IMG/VR virus record: IMGVR_UViG_3300032215_000643
Location: 1 to 64,000 of that record
Length of the DNA stretch: 64,000 nucleotides
Source: a virus
Direction: 5' to 3' (one strand)
Positions 11,458-20,985 of this stretch are shown piece by piece. Numbering within the stretch: the first letter of the stretch is position 1; the number at the start of each line of letters is the position of its first letter. Made by a program: the position numbers and the translations under genes. The notes beneath the pieces are model-generated. The model was not told the DNA's origin, made no database searches, and saw nothing but the letters and a program-made list of their open reading frames with translations.

Positions 11458-12099
11458 ATGACTACAGCAGGAAAACCACAACAAAAATCTGTAAGTGTTC
11501 ATCAACAACATTTAACTATTTATAAAGATGATCATAGAAACAATAAAGAGTTTTTAAAAAAACATCCATATACGGTAGTTTTAGATCACAAGGCTCCTAA
11601 AAAACATAAAAAACCTCACGAACATAGTTCTGTTTCAAAGCATCACCCCAATACAAAAACTAAAAAAACTCATCCTACAACTAGGTCAAATTCTCCACAG
11701 CATAATGCTCCACATCAACCAGAATTGAATACTGTAGAGTCAGATGATGATTTTGAGTTAGAGCAGGCAGGGATTGAGACTAATGAAGATTTTAGTTCAA
11801 AAGAAGATTCTGACAGTCAGGGTTCTTTTCTTTTTCATGAAATTTCACATGAAGATTATGATCCAGAAATAGATTTATTAGATCAAAGAGACCAAGTTCG
11901 TAGTCCGGTTTATGCTGGAACTACAGAACAACCGCAAACAAATTTAGATCCAATTGATAACGTAACAGTTGATGCAAGTTCTTTTGTGCTACAAAAAGAT
12001 GCTCAAGACGGATCTGTTTCTTTTAAAGCAAGTGTTATTTTTGACTTTGAAGATAACCTTGATGATTATGATATTATTGTGACTCATATAAGTGGTTAA
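11458..12099 (+). CDS. Hypothetical tail-module protein with His/Lys-rich N-half and acidic C-half
   Basis: Strong SD (AAGGAGG); low-complexity, charge-segregated sequence. Confidence 0.6.
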   Translation: MTTAGKPQQKSVSVHQQHLTIYKDDHRNNKEFLKKHPYTVVLDHKAPKKHKKPHEHSSVSKHHPNTKTKKTHPTTRSNSPQHNAPHQPELNTVESDDDFELEQAGIETNEDFSSKEDSDSQGSFLFHEISHEDYDPEIDLLDQRDQVRSPVYAGTTEQPQTNLDPIDNVTVDASSFVLQKDAQDGSVSFKASVIFDFEDNLDDYDIIVTHISG

Positions 12100-12109
12100 T
12101 GTGAACCGA

Positions 12110-12118
12110 TGGTATAAT
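12110..12118 (+). promoter_or_regulatory. Extended -10 promoter (TGGTATAAT)
   Basis: Intergenic match to TGnTATAAT; implies the next gene starts at ATG 12146 rather than 12092. Confidence 0.6.
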
Positions 12119-12145
12119 TATCATAGTGAATTTGGGGAAAAATGT

Positions 12146-13048
12146 ATGGATTTGACTGGAACATATAGAATAACTTCCTCTGGTTCCGTCATTGGCGAAT
12201 ACCAGAATATGATAACCACTAACGGCCTTCTAGCGATTAATCAATATCTAGCAGGTCTTATTCCTAGTTGGGCTGGCTCACTTGGTATTGGTACGCTTTA
12301 CAACAATATAACTGCATCTTCTACTGTAGCCTTAGACTATGAACTTAAAAGGTATCCTATAACATTAAAATCTTACAGAACAGTATCAAGTTCTGTCAAT
12401 CAAATTGCTCTAAAAGCAACAATTGATCCAGATGCAGTCTTTCAGGCATACGAACTGGGTGTCTTTCCAATGGTTGTTCATGATGCAACATATCCAGATC
12501 ATTATCCAATTACTGATTTTTCAGAACAGTTAAGCGGCTCCAGCCTTTGGACAATTGCTGGTGTAGCAGCAACAACAACTTCTTCAAGCGTGAGAGTTGG
12601 ATTATACACAATTGCCCTCCCAGCAGGAAGCACAACATCAAATTCTGTTTCAATAAACACAACAACATATACAGAAGCAGATTATGCTAATTTATTAATG
12701 TACACACCAGCGTCTATAACTTCTGGATCATTTACGGTGCGACTTGGTGACGATTCTTCGGTACAAAATGTTTGGACTTCATCTATAGTTTTTTCAGCAC
12801 CTTCCGCTGGTTATTATTCTGTAGCCGCAGACTTTGGAACAAAACCAACATTTTCTGATTATGCAGTTACATGTTCAGTAACTTATGCTGGTACTGGAAC
12901 TATACAATTGGATCATTTGCAATTTGCTACTGGAGATACAAAAACTACAGATTTTAAATTAGTTAGTAGAACTGGACAATCAACTCCATTGTTTACAAAA
13001 ACATACGGACAGCCTATGGAAATTGAATATTATATTCAGGTAACGTAA
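12146..13048 (+). CDS. Minor tail / baseplate protein
   Basis: N.IT..G...I..YLAG...GIG...L.YE..R...ELG pattern of tail-fibre attachment proteins; start revised to MDLTGTY. Confidence 0.6.
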   Translation: MDLTGTYRITSSGSVIGEYQNMITTNGLLAINQYLAGLIPSWAGSLGIGTLYNNITASSTVALDYELKRYPITLKSYRTVSSSVNQIALKATIDPDAVFQAYELGVFPMVVHDATYPDHYPITDFSEQLSGSSLWTIAGVAATTTSSSVRVGLYTIALPAGSTTSNSVSINTTTYTEADYANLLMYTPASITSGSFTVRLGDDSSVQNVWTSSIVFSAPSAGYYSVAADFGTKPTFSDYAVTCSVTYAGTGTIQLDHLQFATGDTKTTDFKLVSRTGQSTPLFTKTYGQPMEIEYYIQVT

Positions 13049-16000
13049 TGGCTAATTCAAAAGATATTTATAAACTTCAGCCGGGTGGAACATATTCTGT
13101 ACAAATTGTACCTAAAGGTTCTGATCCTAATAATCCCGGTAACGTAAAATCATTTAATACCACTTTTACTGTTCCAACAACAAATACTGATGGAACACCA
13201 ATTCAAACTACTAACAGTTCAGTAAAGACGTTATATATTGGAAGTGGTGGTCTAATTGTTGGTGATGGTGTCACTGCTTGGGTGCAAATAACATCTGAAG
13301 GTTTATTTGGATATAATGCTGGTACACCAATTTTTGGTTTGCCAACTGACCCATCAGCATCACCATTCTTTACAAGTTTTTCATTAACTCAAACTGGAAT
13401 GACAGCAATTGGGCAAGTTGTAACTAGTGCAAGCACCACTTTGAATTCAGCATCAGTAAAAGTTCCAATTGGTACTGCTTCTTTAATTAGTCCCGGTTGG
13501 TCAATTTATGGATTACCATTTTCTACTGCAGGAAATGGTGTTGTTAGTATTAGAAAAACGCCTCCTACTGCAGTTCTTATTCTTTCTAAAGTTGCTACTG
13601 CTACTTATGCAACAGGAACAAGTGCATCAATTATTCCAAATGCAAATATAATTGTTGGAACTTCTACTAATAATAATATTACAATTAGAGGACAAGGAAC
13701 CCCCGGTCAGGCTGGTGCAATTTTTTCAGTGATTGGTGGTTCCGCAACATTGCCAACATCTGGTTCTGGATTTTATATAGATGAAGTTGGAAAATTCAGA
13801 TTTGCAAGTTCTCCTTCCGCATATATTTCAGGTGATGGTTCAGGTAACCTTACAGTTTCAGGAACTATCGTTGCAACTGCTGGAAATATTGGTGGTCTGA
13901 CACTCGCAGCAGATAAACTAAGTGCATCTTCGCCGGGATCTTATGTTGGTATTTCTGGAAGCGGAAACTACGCATTTTGGGCGGGAAGTGCAAACCCTGC
14001 TCTGGCACCATTTTCTGTAACTAATACTGGCGTTGTTACTGCAAGCAATTTAGTTATATCAAACGCTGTAACAGTAGGCTCGCTTGGAGGATTCTATTCA
14101 GGACTTACTCCAAGTTCTTCCATGTCAATTTTTGCTGGAGCAACAGCAAGTACGGGTACAGGTGCAACATTTTGGGTAACCAATACTGGTAGCGTTTATT
14201 CAGCAGGAGGGGCTTCTTTTCAAGGTCCAATACTTACCGCTGGCAACCTAGTTGGTTCATCCTTATCGGGCACTTCTAATAATAGCGGGAGCCTTGTAGG
14301 TGGAGCAATATATGTTCCATCAATTGGAGCAGCAAAATTCTATGTAGATTCTAGCGGAAATATGACAGCGGCAGGTGCTTCTGTAAGTGGATCTATTGTT
14401 GCTGCTGCAGGCAATATTGGCGGCTGGATAATTGCTCCTACAAGTTTAACTTCTGGCACTGGTGCAAGCGCAGTAGGGTTAACTACAGGGAATTATGCCA
14501 TTTATGCAGGTAATACGACAGCATCTTCTGCACCATTTAATGTAACAAATACTGGAATTTTAACAGCAAGTGGTGCTAATATTACAGGTAATATAACCGC
14601 TAACTCTGGTTCAATCGGCGGATTTACTATTAACGGAAATACTCTATATGGAGGAACATCAGGTTCTATAGTTGGGTTAAATCCAACTAGTGGATCTTCA
14701 GTAATTTTTGCAGGGGCAACTTCAAGTGCAGGCACAGGAGCAACATTTTGGATTTCAGGAAATGGAAATATTTATTCTTCTGGAGGTGCCTCATTTGCTG
14801 GTCCTGTATTTTCAGCAGCGTCTATTTCTTCTCCAACTCTTTCAGGTAATATAACCAACAGTGGAAGTATTGTCGGTGGTTCGATATTTGTACCAAATGC
14901 GAGTTCTCCAACTTTCAGAGTTGATTCTTCTGGAAATATGTTGGCAACAAGTGCCTCAATTAGTGGTTCTATAACTTCAAATGCTGGTAATATTGGTGGT
15001 TGGGCAATTACTTCTGGTAATCTTACTTCCGGCTCTGGTGCAACAACAGTTGGTTTAACTACAGGAACATATGCTATTTATGCAGGTAATGCAACTCCAT
15101 CATCTGCTCCTTTCAGTGTTACGAATACTGGTAATTTAATTGCAACAAATGCGACAATTAGCGGATCAATTAATGCAAGTTCTGGAACTTTTAGCGGAAT
15201 ACTAAATGCTACTACGGGTAGTATTGGTGGATTCTTAATTAACAATAATAGTCTATCTTCTTCTGGAGTTCTTATTTCTTCAAGTGCTGGATTAAGTTTA
15301 GGTTCTGCTGGTCAGTTTACAGTAAATCAAGCAGGAGCAATGGTTGCTCAAACTGCTTCAATCACAGGACAAATATCTGCAAGTTCAGGAAACATTGCAG
15401 GATGGAGTTTGACTAATCAAGAAATTGGAACTGGTACGGGAATAAATAGAATTGCTTTAAACTCTACCGCTTCACCTAAAATTTATATTGGTTATGGTAA
15501 TTATGGAACGGGAGATACAGGATTTTATGTAGATTCCGCAGGATATTTCTCCCTTGGAAATCAATTGACCTTCGCCCCCGGTAAAGGTACTGCTTCAATT
15601 ATTACAACATCTGCTACTTTTACAAATAACTCAGCAGTTTTAACAACTACATATAACAATAGTTCTAGTGTGATTATTCCCGGCATGTTGGTCACAAGCC
15701 TTGTCCTTCCAACTGGTGTCAAAGTTGCAAGCGTTACTTATGGTACAAGTGCTACAGCATACCTTAACTATGTTTACCCCGGCACTACGCAAACAACTAA
15801 TACAACTTTCCAGTCAGATAATCTTTCTTTGCTTACCGTTAATGGAACAATTCGCGGGGCTATAGATTCAATAAACCCAATTAGTTCCCCCACCTTGTTT
15901 ACTACAGTTACATCTGCTTCCATTAACACTGCTGCCAGTGCAGTATTATTTACTTCTTCTGCTGGACACTTTTTCAGTCCATCTAGTATTCTAATATTCT

Positions 16001-19000
16001 CAAATTTGCCAGCAACAAATAATTTGAATTTACTTAATTATGCTGCATCTGCAGGAAATGCTTATTTGATTACAAGCACTCCAAACAGTATGCAGTTTAC
16101 AATTAACTATGCGGGACTGGGTTTGACAACTGGAACTCCAGTAATATCAAGTCGTGCAAGTATTCAGCAGTTAACGATGGGTCTTCATCCAGCAATGAAT
16201 GCTGGAACATCATGGGCCAATAATACGGGAACAGGCGTGAGGCTTGATGATTATAACTGGTGGTTAGTCAATAATCAATTCCGCGTAGGAAATGCATTAT
16301 CTTATTTTAAGTATGATGGTACTCAATTCAGAGTTGCTGGTGGAGGTACTTATAACTTAATCATGCAAGTTGGTGCCCAAGATTCTGCTAATCAGTTTGC
16401 TATAACTTCTGGATCAACTGGCACTTACAGTAGTTCTACCACTCCTTTCTATGTAGATGGTTCTGGAAAGATGAGTTTGGGAACGGGTCTTGTTTGGACA
16501 GGTTCAGGATTATCAATTGTCGGATCGGCTTCAATTAGTGGATCAATTGTGGCAAGCGTCGGTTCGGTTGGTGGATGGAACATTGCAGCGAATACCCTTT
16601 CTAGTGGATCAATTAACCTTGTATCAGGTGCTGCTCCTAAAATTTATATCGGGGCAGGTACTTATAGTTCATCAAACACTCCATTTTATGTTGATAATAG
16701 TGGCAGCCTTAGCATTGGAAATAAACTCACATGGAATGGCTCTAGGCTTTTAATTGGTGACCAAACAGGCGGTGCAGTTGGATTCCAAGCACCTTCTAAT
16801 CCATCAGCAAGCGATATTGCAATTTATGCGGGTGCTTCAGCATTATTAGGAGCATCAGCAGCACCTTTTAGAGTAACTTATGATGGGACAATGTATGCAA
16901 CTGGGGCGGTTATATCAGGATCACTCACTGCAACTTCTGGACAAATTGGAACTGGTAATGCAAATAATCGTTGGTATATAGGAACATCTGGTAATTATGG
17001 ATCAATCAGAAATTATCCACTTACAGCAAGTTATCCCGCCTTTGTACCGTCAGTAGGAACTAGTGGATATTCTAATACTTATTCACCTTCATACTCTGCC
17101 TATGTAGTTTCTGATTCATATTATCCTGCAGCAATAGAAATAGATTCTTCAGGTTATATTCATATAAGAAGAAAAAATTATCAACCTTACGATACATCGT
17201 CTGCACAAAATTTGGCACAAGGAATCGTCCTTGATTCAACTGCAAATAATGATCGCATTAATGCAATCATGTGGTGGGGAGATGGTTCTGAAACACAAGA
17301 CATAATAGATCAAGTTCCTTTCTATGTAGATATAAATGGAAATCTTTACAGCAAAACAGCAGATACAGATACCCTTTCTGCAAATACTTTATCTGTTGGA
17401 AATCTTTCTGCAGACAATTTTTATTTAGGAGAATTTGCTGGCGAAGGTTCTGGTTTCAAAACACTTTCAGCAGTATCGGACGGACTTGGATACATAACTT
17501 ATACAATTAACGATACTAGTAGTCAGGGTTTCTATTCTTATGGAATCGCTATTGGTGAAAAAATAAAAATTTCAAACATGCCATTGTCATCAAATGGTTC
17601 TGATATTTATAATTCATCTAAGCAACAGGATTTAACATTTACTATATCTGATCAAAATTTTTCGGATGCCACTCAAACATTTAGCGTTTTTAATCCTGAT
17701 GCTATTGGTATATATGAAAGTATTGCTCCTTCAGATTCGGCGTTTGGTATTGTAGTTAACTCGGTTCTTGTTTCTGATGCTATAACTGGAAATGTAGAAA
17801 TTGGACCACAGCATCAAGTTCCAATATCTTATGATGGTTCAGTGCCAAGGGGTATTTCTGATGGAGATATTTATTTAGATTTAGTTAAATTACCTCCATA
17901 TCCTTCTTTTTATGAATTAAAAGGTCCAGCACCCTTCTACCCAGTTTCTCCATCTGTAACAAATGCTGTCGCAAACAATTACCAGAAGCACCCATTGTTC
18001 TCTAACATACAGGTTCAAGTTCCTGCAGATGGAGTTTTGAAAGCAAAATTTAAAGGAATGTATAGATTTAGTAATGTTGATACAATAATTGGAGCATTCA
18101 TGTCTGCTTTTCCAATATCAAAAATAGTTAATGTATCTGGGATAGCCTCGCAACCTTGGGTTTATTCTTCTTTTGATAATAGTTCAAATGATATTGGTCC
18201 TAGTGCTTCTTTAATAACAACAGCAAGTAATTTTTCTGGTGGAATATCTGCAACAGCAACAGTTACTGCAGCAACAACGGGGATACCTATTCTTTCTGCA
18301 GGTAGAATTTTTATTCCAGCAAATTCACTTTTTAGTTCTTCTACAGTAGCAGCAACGAATGTATCATTTGATAATGATAATATTTTGGATGGCATGTTCT
18401 TATCCGCTTCTGTTAGTGGTTCTAGTGGACCGGGTACTTTTACGGCAAGTATATCAAATATTACAACAGGATTTTTTTCTGTTGGAACATTAATAATCCC
18501 AGCATATACTGCATCCTTAAGTAATCCTACTGCTAGTATTATTTCTACAAATGCATCTGTGCCCGGTGCAATTGTTCCCGGCATGATCATAAGGGATAGC
18601 AGTTCAAAACTGTATCAGATTAAAACATTTTCATTATCAAATAATATTGGAGTTGTTACTCTTACGGCCTCAACAACATCTGTGAATCTTTCAGCATCAG
18701 TGTTTAATGCAGTATCCCTTGGGACAACTATTCCATCTAACCTTGTATATAACGCATCGGCTTTTAATGTTTTTAAAATATCTTCTTTTGTAAATTCAAA
18801 TTTTGCATTAACACCAGCATCAACTCAATTTTTAGTAACTGATCAAACAGAAGGTAATGCGCTAGGATGGCAAACATATACAAAAATTCTCGGCTTTACC
18901 CCCCCTGCTATTTATCAAAGTTTTTCATTCGAAAAAGTAATACCATTAAAAAATGTTCAACAGGGCGGGCAAATAATGAATTTTGACTATAACGCTTTTT

Positions 19001-19131
19001 ATTATGGAACAACTGCTCCAAGTGTTACATACAGTCATTGGCAATTTGAATATTATCCTTATGGATATTACAGTGGAGATACTTTCTCTGGAGGAAGCGA
19101 AACTCCAACAACTCCGACAATTGGTATATAA
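13048..19131 (+). CDS. Very long tail fibre / tail-tip protein (2027 aa) with internal beta-repeats
   Basis: Repeated G.IGGW.I....L..G....VGL..G.YAIYAG....APF.VTNTG units; very rich in Ser/Thr/Gly/Ala. Confidence 0.75.
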   Translation: MANSKDIYKLQPGGTYSVQIVPKGSDPNNPGNVKSFNTTFTVPTTNTDGTPIQTTNSSVKTLYIGSGGLIVGDGVTAWVQITSEGLFGYNAGTPIFGLPTDPSASPFFTSFSLTQTGMTAIGQVVTSASTTLNSASVKVPIGTASLISPGWSIYGLPFSTAGNGVVSIRKTPPTAVLILSKVATATYATGTSASIIPNANIIVGTSTNNNITIRGQGTPGQAGAIFSVIGGSATLPTSGSGFYIDEVGKFRFASSPSAYISGDGSGNLTVSGTIVATAGNIGGLTLAADKLSASSPGSYVGISGSGNYAFWAGSANPALAPFSVTNTGVVTASNLVISNAVTVGSLGGFYSGLTPSSSMSIFAGATASTGTGATFWVTNTGSVYSAGGASFQGPILTAGNLVGSSLSGTSNNSGSLVGGAIYVPSIGAAKFYVDSSGNMTAAGASVSGSIVAAAGNIGGWIIAPTSLTSGTGASAVGLTTGNYAIYAGNTTASSAPFNVTNTGILTASGANITGNITANSGSIGGFTINGNTLYGGTSGSIVGLNPTSGSSVIFAGATSSAGTGATFWISGNGNIYSSGGASFAGPVFSAASISSPTLSGNITNSGSIVGGSIFVPNASSPTFRVDSSGNMLATSASISGSITSNAGNIGGWAITSGNLTSGSGATTVGLTTGTYAIYAGNATPSSAPFSVTNTGNLIATNATISGSINASSGTFSGILNATTGSIGGFLINNNSLSSSGVLISSSAGLSLGSAGQFTVNQAGAMVAQTASITGQISASSGNIAGWSLTNQEIGTGTGINRIALNSTASPKIYIGYGNYGTGDTGFYVDSAGYFSLGNQLTFAPGKGTASIITTSATFTNNSAVLTTTYNNSSSVIIPGMLVTSLVLPTGVKVASVTYGTSATAYLNYVYPGTTQTTNTTFQSDNLSLLTVNGTIRGAIDSINPISSPTLFTTVTSASINTAASAVLFTSSAGHFFSPSSILIFSNLPATNNLNLLNYAASAGNAYLITSTPNSMQFTINYAGLGLTTGTPVISSRASIQQLTMGLHPAMNAGTSWANNTGTGVRLDDYNWWLVNNQFRVGNALSYFKYDGTQFRVAGGGTYNLIMQVGAQDSANQFAITSGSTGTYSSSTTPFYVDGSGKMSLGTGLVWTGSGLSIVGSASISGSIVASVGSVGGWNIAANTLSSGSINLVSGAAPKIYIGAGTYSSSNTPFYVDNSGSLSIGNKLTWNGSRLLIGDQTGGAVGFQAPSNPSASDIAIYAGASALLGASAAPFRVTYDGTMYATGAVISGSLTATSGQIGTGNANNRWYIGTSGNYGSIRNYPLTASYPAFVPSVGTSGYSNTYSPSYSAYVVSDSYYPAAIEIDSSGYIHIRRKNYQPYDTSSAQNLAQGIVLDSTANNDRINAIMWWGDGSETQDIIDQVPFYVDINGNLYSKTADTDTLSANTLSVGNLSADNFYLGEFAGEGSGFKTLSAVSDGLGYITYTINDTSSQGFYSYGIAIGEKIKISNMPLSSNGSDIYNSSKQQDLTFTISDQNFSDATQTFSVFNPDAIGIYESIAPSDSAFGIVVNSVLVSDAITGNVEIGPQHQVPISYDGSVPRGISDGDIYLDLVKLPPYPSFYELKGPAPFYPVSPSVTNAVANNYQKHPLFSNIQVQVPADGVLKAKFKGMYRFSNVDTIIGAFMSAFPISKIVNVSGIASQPWVYSSFDNSSNDIGPSASLITTASNFSGGISATATVTAATTGIPILSAGRIFIPANSLFSSSTVAATNVSFDNDNILDGMFLSASVSGSSGPGTFTASISNITTGFFSVGTLIIPAYTASLSNPTASIISTNASVPGAIVPGMIIRDSSSKLYQIKTFSLSNNIGVVTLTASTTSVNLSASVFNAVSLGTTIPSNLVYNASAFNVFKISSFVNSNFALTPASTQFLVTDQTEGNALGWQTYTKILGFTPPAIYQSFSFEKVIPLKNVQQGGQIMNFDYNAFYYGTTAPSVTYSHWQFEYYPYGYYSGDTFSGGSETPTTPTIGI

Positions 19132-19138
19132 TAGTAGT

Positions 19139-20158
19139 ATGCCAGATTTTATTTCTTATTATAAAAACAATAAATATCCTTCAGCCCAACAACAACTTTC
19201 TATTGGTCAAGTATCAGGAACCCCCATAACAGTTGTTCTTAATGTTCCATCTCAAGTAAACTCAGGAGTTTCATTTTACTTCAGCGGAACTTTATCAGCA
19301 GCAGGAACAGGGACGATTACTATTCAAAAATTGAATGGTACAGCATGGACTACTGTGACAACAGCCGTTGCTGGTTCTTCATGGACAAGTCTAACTATGA
19401 CTCCAATCACGACTGGAACTACTTTTAGGGCTTTTTACAGTGGAGATGCTACTTATCAACAAAATTATTCATCTTCTAAAACAGTAAAATGTTGGGGTAT
19501 AAAAACTAATCAGCAGAAAATTTTTTCATGCTATTCGTCAAGGAGTCACTACGCTGTTAATTCTAATACATATTCAAGTTTAGTTAGAACTGATTCTGGA
19601 AATGATCTTTATCAAGGGTACACATCTTCTACTTATGCAAAACAGGTATCTCAAATATATTTTGATAATGCAAGTAGTATTATAAATGGTTATCTTAATG
19701 TTGAAGGTGGTGGTGGCAGTACCTCTACCATAATTGGATATTTTAATTCTTTAAGTTCTGTAACTATTACAAAAGTTGAACTTTATTTAAATTGTAAATC
19801 ATGGGCTGTGTCAAGTGGCGGCACCGCTTACGTTTTTCCATCTATTTATCTCGCTCTTGTAGGTGCAACAAATATGGATTTTGCATTTTACTCAGGAGTA
19901 CCTGCAATAAGTGCTTCATGGTCTACAGTGTCTGGTTCAAAATGGATTGATGTTTCTTCTTTTAATTATATGGGACCATCCCTAGGAAAATGGGACTATA
20001 CCCTCAACGGCAATGTGATCAATTTTTGGGCCATGTTTAATGGCTTTGATTTAGCAAGAAATAATACATCAAATATATATTATGGAAGATTTACGGGTAA
20101 TGGTGATTCAGCAGAACCTCAACTAAGATTTACCTATTCTTATTACACTTACGTTTAG
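19139..20158 (+). CDS. Putative tail/receptor-binding protein (Ig-like domain plus C-terminal beta domain)
   Basis: Start revised to ATG 19139, just after TATAAT (19127-19132). 'FRAFYSGDATY' Ig-like motif; C-terminal 'PQLRFTY'. Confidence 0.55.
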   Translation: MPDFISYYKNNKYPSAQQQLSIGQVSGTPITVVLNVPSQVNSGVSFYFSGTLSAAGTGTITIQKLNGTAWTTVTTAVAGSSWTSLTMTPITTGTTFRAFYSGDATYQQNYSSSKTVKCWGIKTNQQKIFSCYSSRSHYAVNSNTYSSLVRTDSGNDLYQGYTSSTYAKQVSQIYFDNASSIINGYLNVEGGGGSTSTIIGYFNSLSSVTITKVELYLNCKSWAVSSGGTAYVFPSIYLALVGATNMDFAFYSGVPAISASWSTVSGSKWIDVSSFNYMGPSLGKWDYTLNGNVINFWAMFNGFDLARNNTSNIYYGRFTGNGDSAEPQLRFTYSYYTYV

Positions 20159-20163
20159 ATATT

Positions 20164-20172
20164 TGATATAAT
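20164..20172 (+). promoter_or_regulatory. Extended -10 promoter (TGATATAAT)
   Basis: Exact TGnTATAAT in an intergenic gap upstream of the fibre operon. Confidence 0.65.
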
Positions 20173-20196
20173 TAAAGAAAATGACGCGGAGATGAA

Positions 20197-20553
20197 ATGA
20201 AAGAAGTTAATTACAACATTATTCAGGGTGACAATTTTCAATTGTCCCTGACTTATACCGACTCTTTAAATGTTCCCATTAATTTAACAGGTGCCTCAGC
20301 ATATTTTGAGGTTAGAGATAAGCCGGGTGGTAGTATTTTGTCTGCTACTGCTTCTGGCGCTCCCGGCATTACAGGAGATGGTATTACGTTTACTGCCTCT
20401 GCTGGTTTAATAAATTTAAACATAAATCCCTCTAAGACTAAACTTTTTAATTATCCAAAATCTGCTTATCAGTTACAATTAACATCTTCTGGCGGGATTA
20501 AAACAACTCTCCTTCAAGGATGGTTCCTTGTTAATGCAGGGGTTATTAATTAA
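20197..20553 (+). CDS. Fibre attachment/adaptor protein (BppU-N-like)
   Basis: I.QGD.F.L...D....INLTG....VR...YQLQL.......LLQG pattern common to phage fibre adaptors. Confidence 0.6.
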   Translation: MKEVNYNIIQGDNFQLSLTYTDSLNVPINLTGASAYFEVRDKPGGSILSATASGAPGITGDGITFTASAGLINLNINPSKTKLFNYPKSAYQLQLTSSGGIKTTLLQGWFLVNAGVIN

Positions 20554-20975
20554 TGACAAAAAACATTATAATAGAACAGACAAGTGTTCATAATGTAGAA
20601 ACAGAAAAAGTTGTCAATCAAGTTGTTATGGTTGAACATTCTAACATTCTTGCTGTTTCTGATGTTGGGGTTCAAGGTCCACCGGGTTCTACTGGTCCAC
20701 AGGGTTTAACTGGGCCTCAAGGTGCATCAGGACCGCAAGGTTCAACTGGCCCACAGGGTCCGGTAGGAGATGCGACAGCAGTATTAAGTTACAGGTTTGA
20801 GCAACAAAGTTCGTCGGCAGTATGGAATATTACTCATAATCTTGGATACAGGCCAGCAGTAACAATTCAAGATTATGGACAAAATACAATAGAAGGGGAT
20901 GTGCGTCACATATCTGTGAATAACTTGACAGTAAGTTTTTCAACCGGAGTCTCTGGGTATGCATATCTTTCATAG
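20553..20975 (+). CDS. Collagen-repeat fibre protein
   Basis: (GPQ-GxT)n triplets; C-terminal W.I.HNLG.RP.V domain. Confidence 0.75.
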   Translation: MTKNIIIEQTSVHNVETEKVVNQVVMVEHSNILAVSDVGVQGPPGSTGPQGLTGPQGASGPQGSTGPQGPVGDATAVLSYRFEQQSSSAVWNITHNLGYRPAVTIQDYGQNTIEGDVRHISVNNLTVSFSTGVSGYAYLS

Positions 20976-20985
20976 GAGATAGTAA

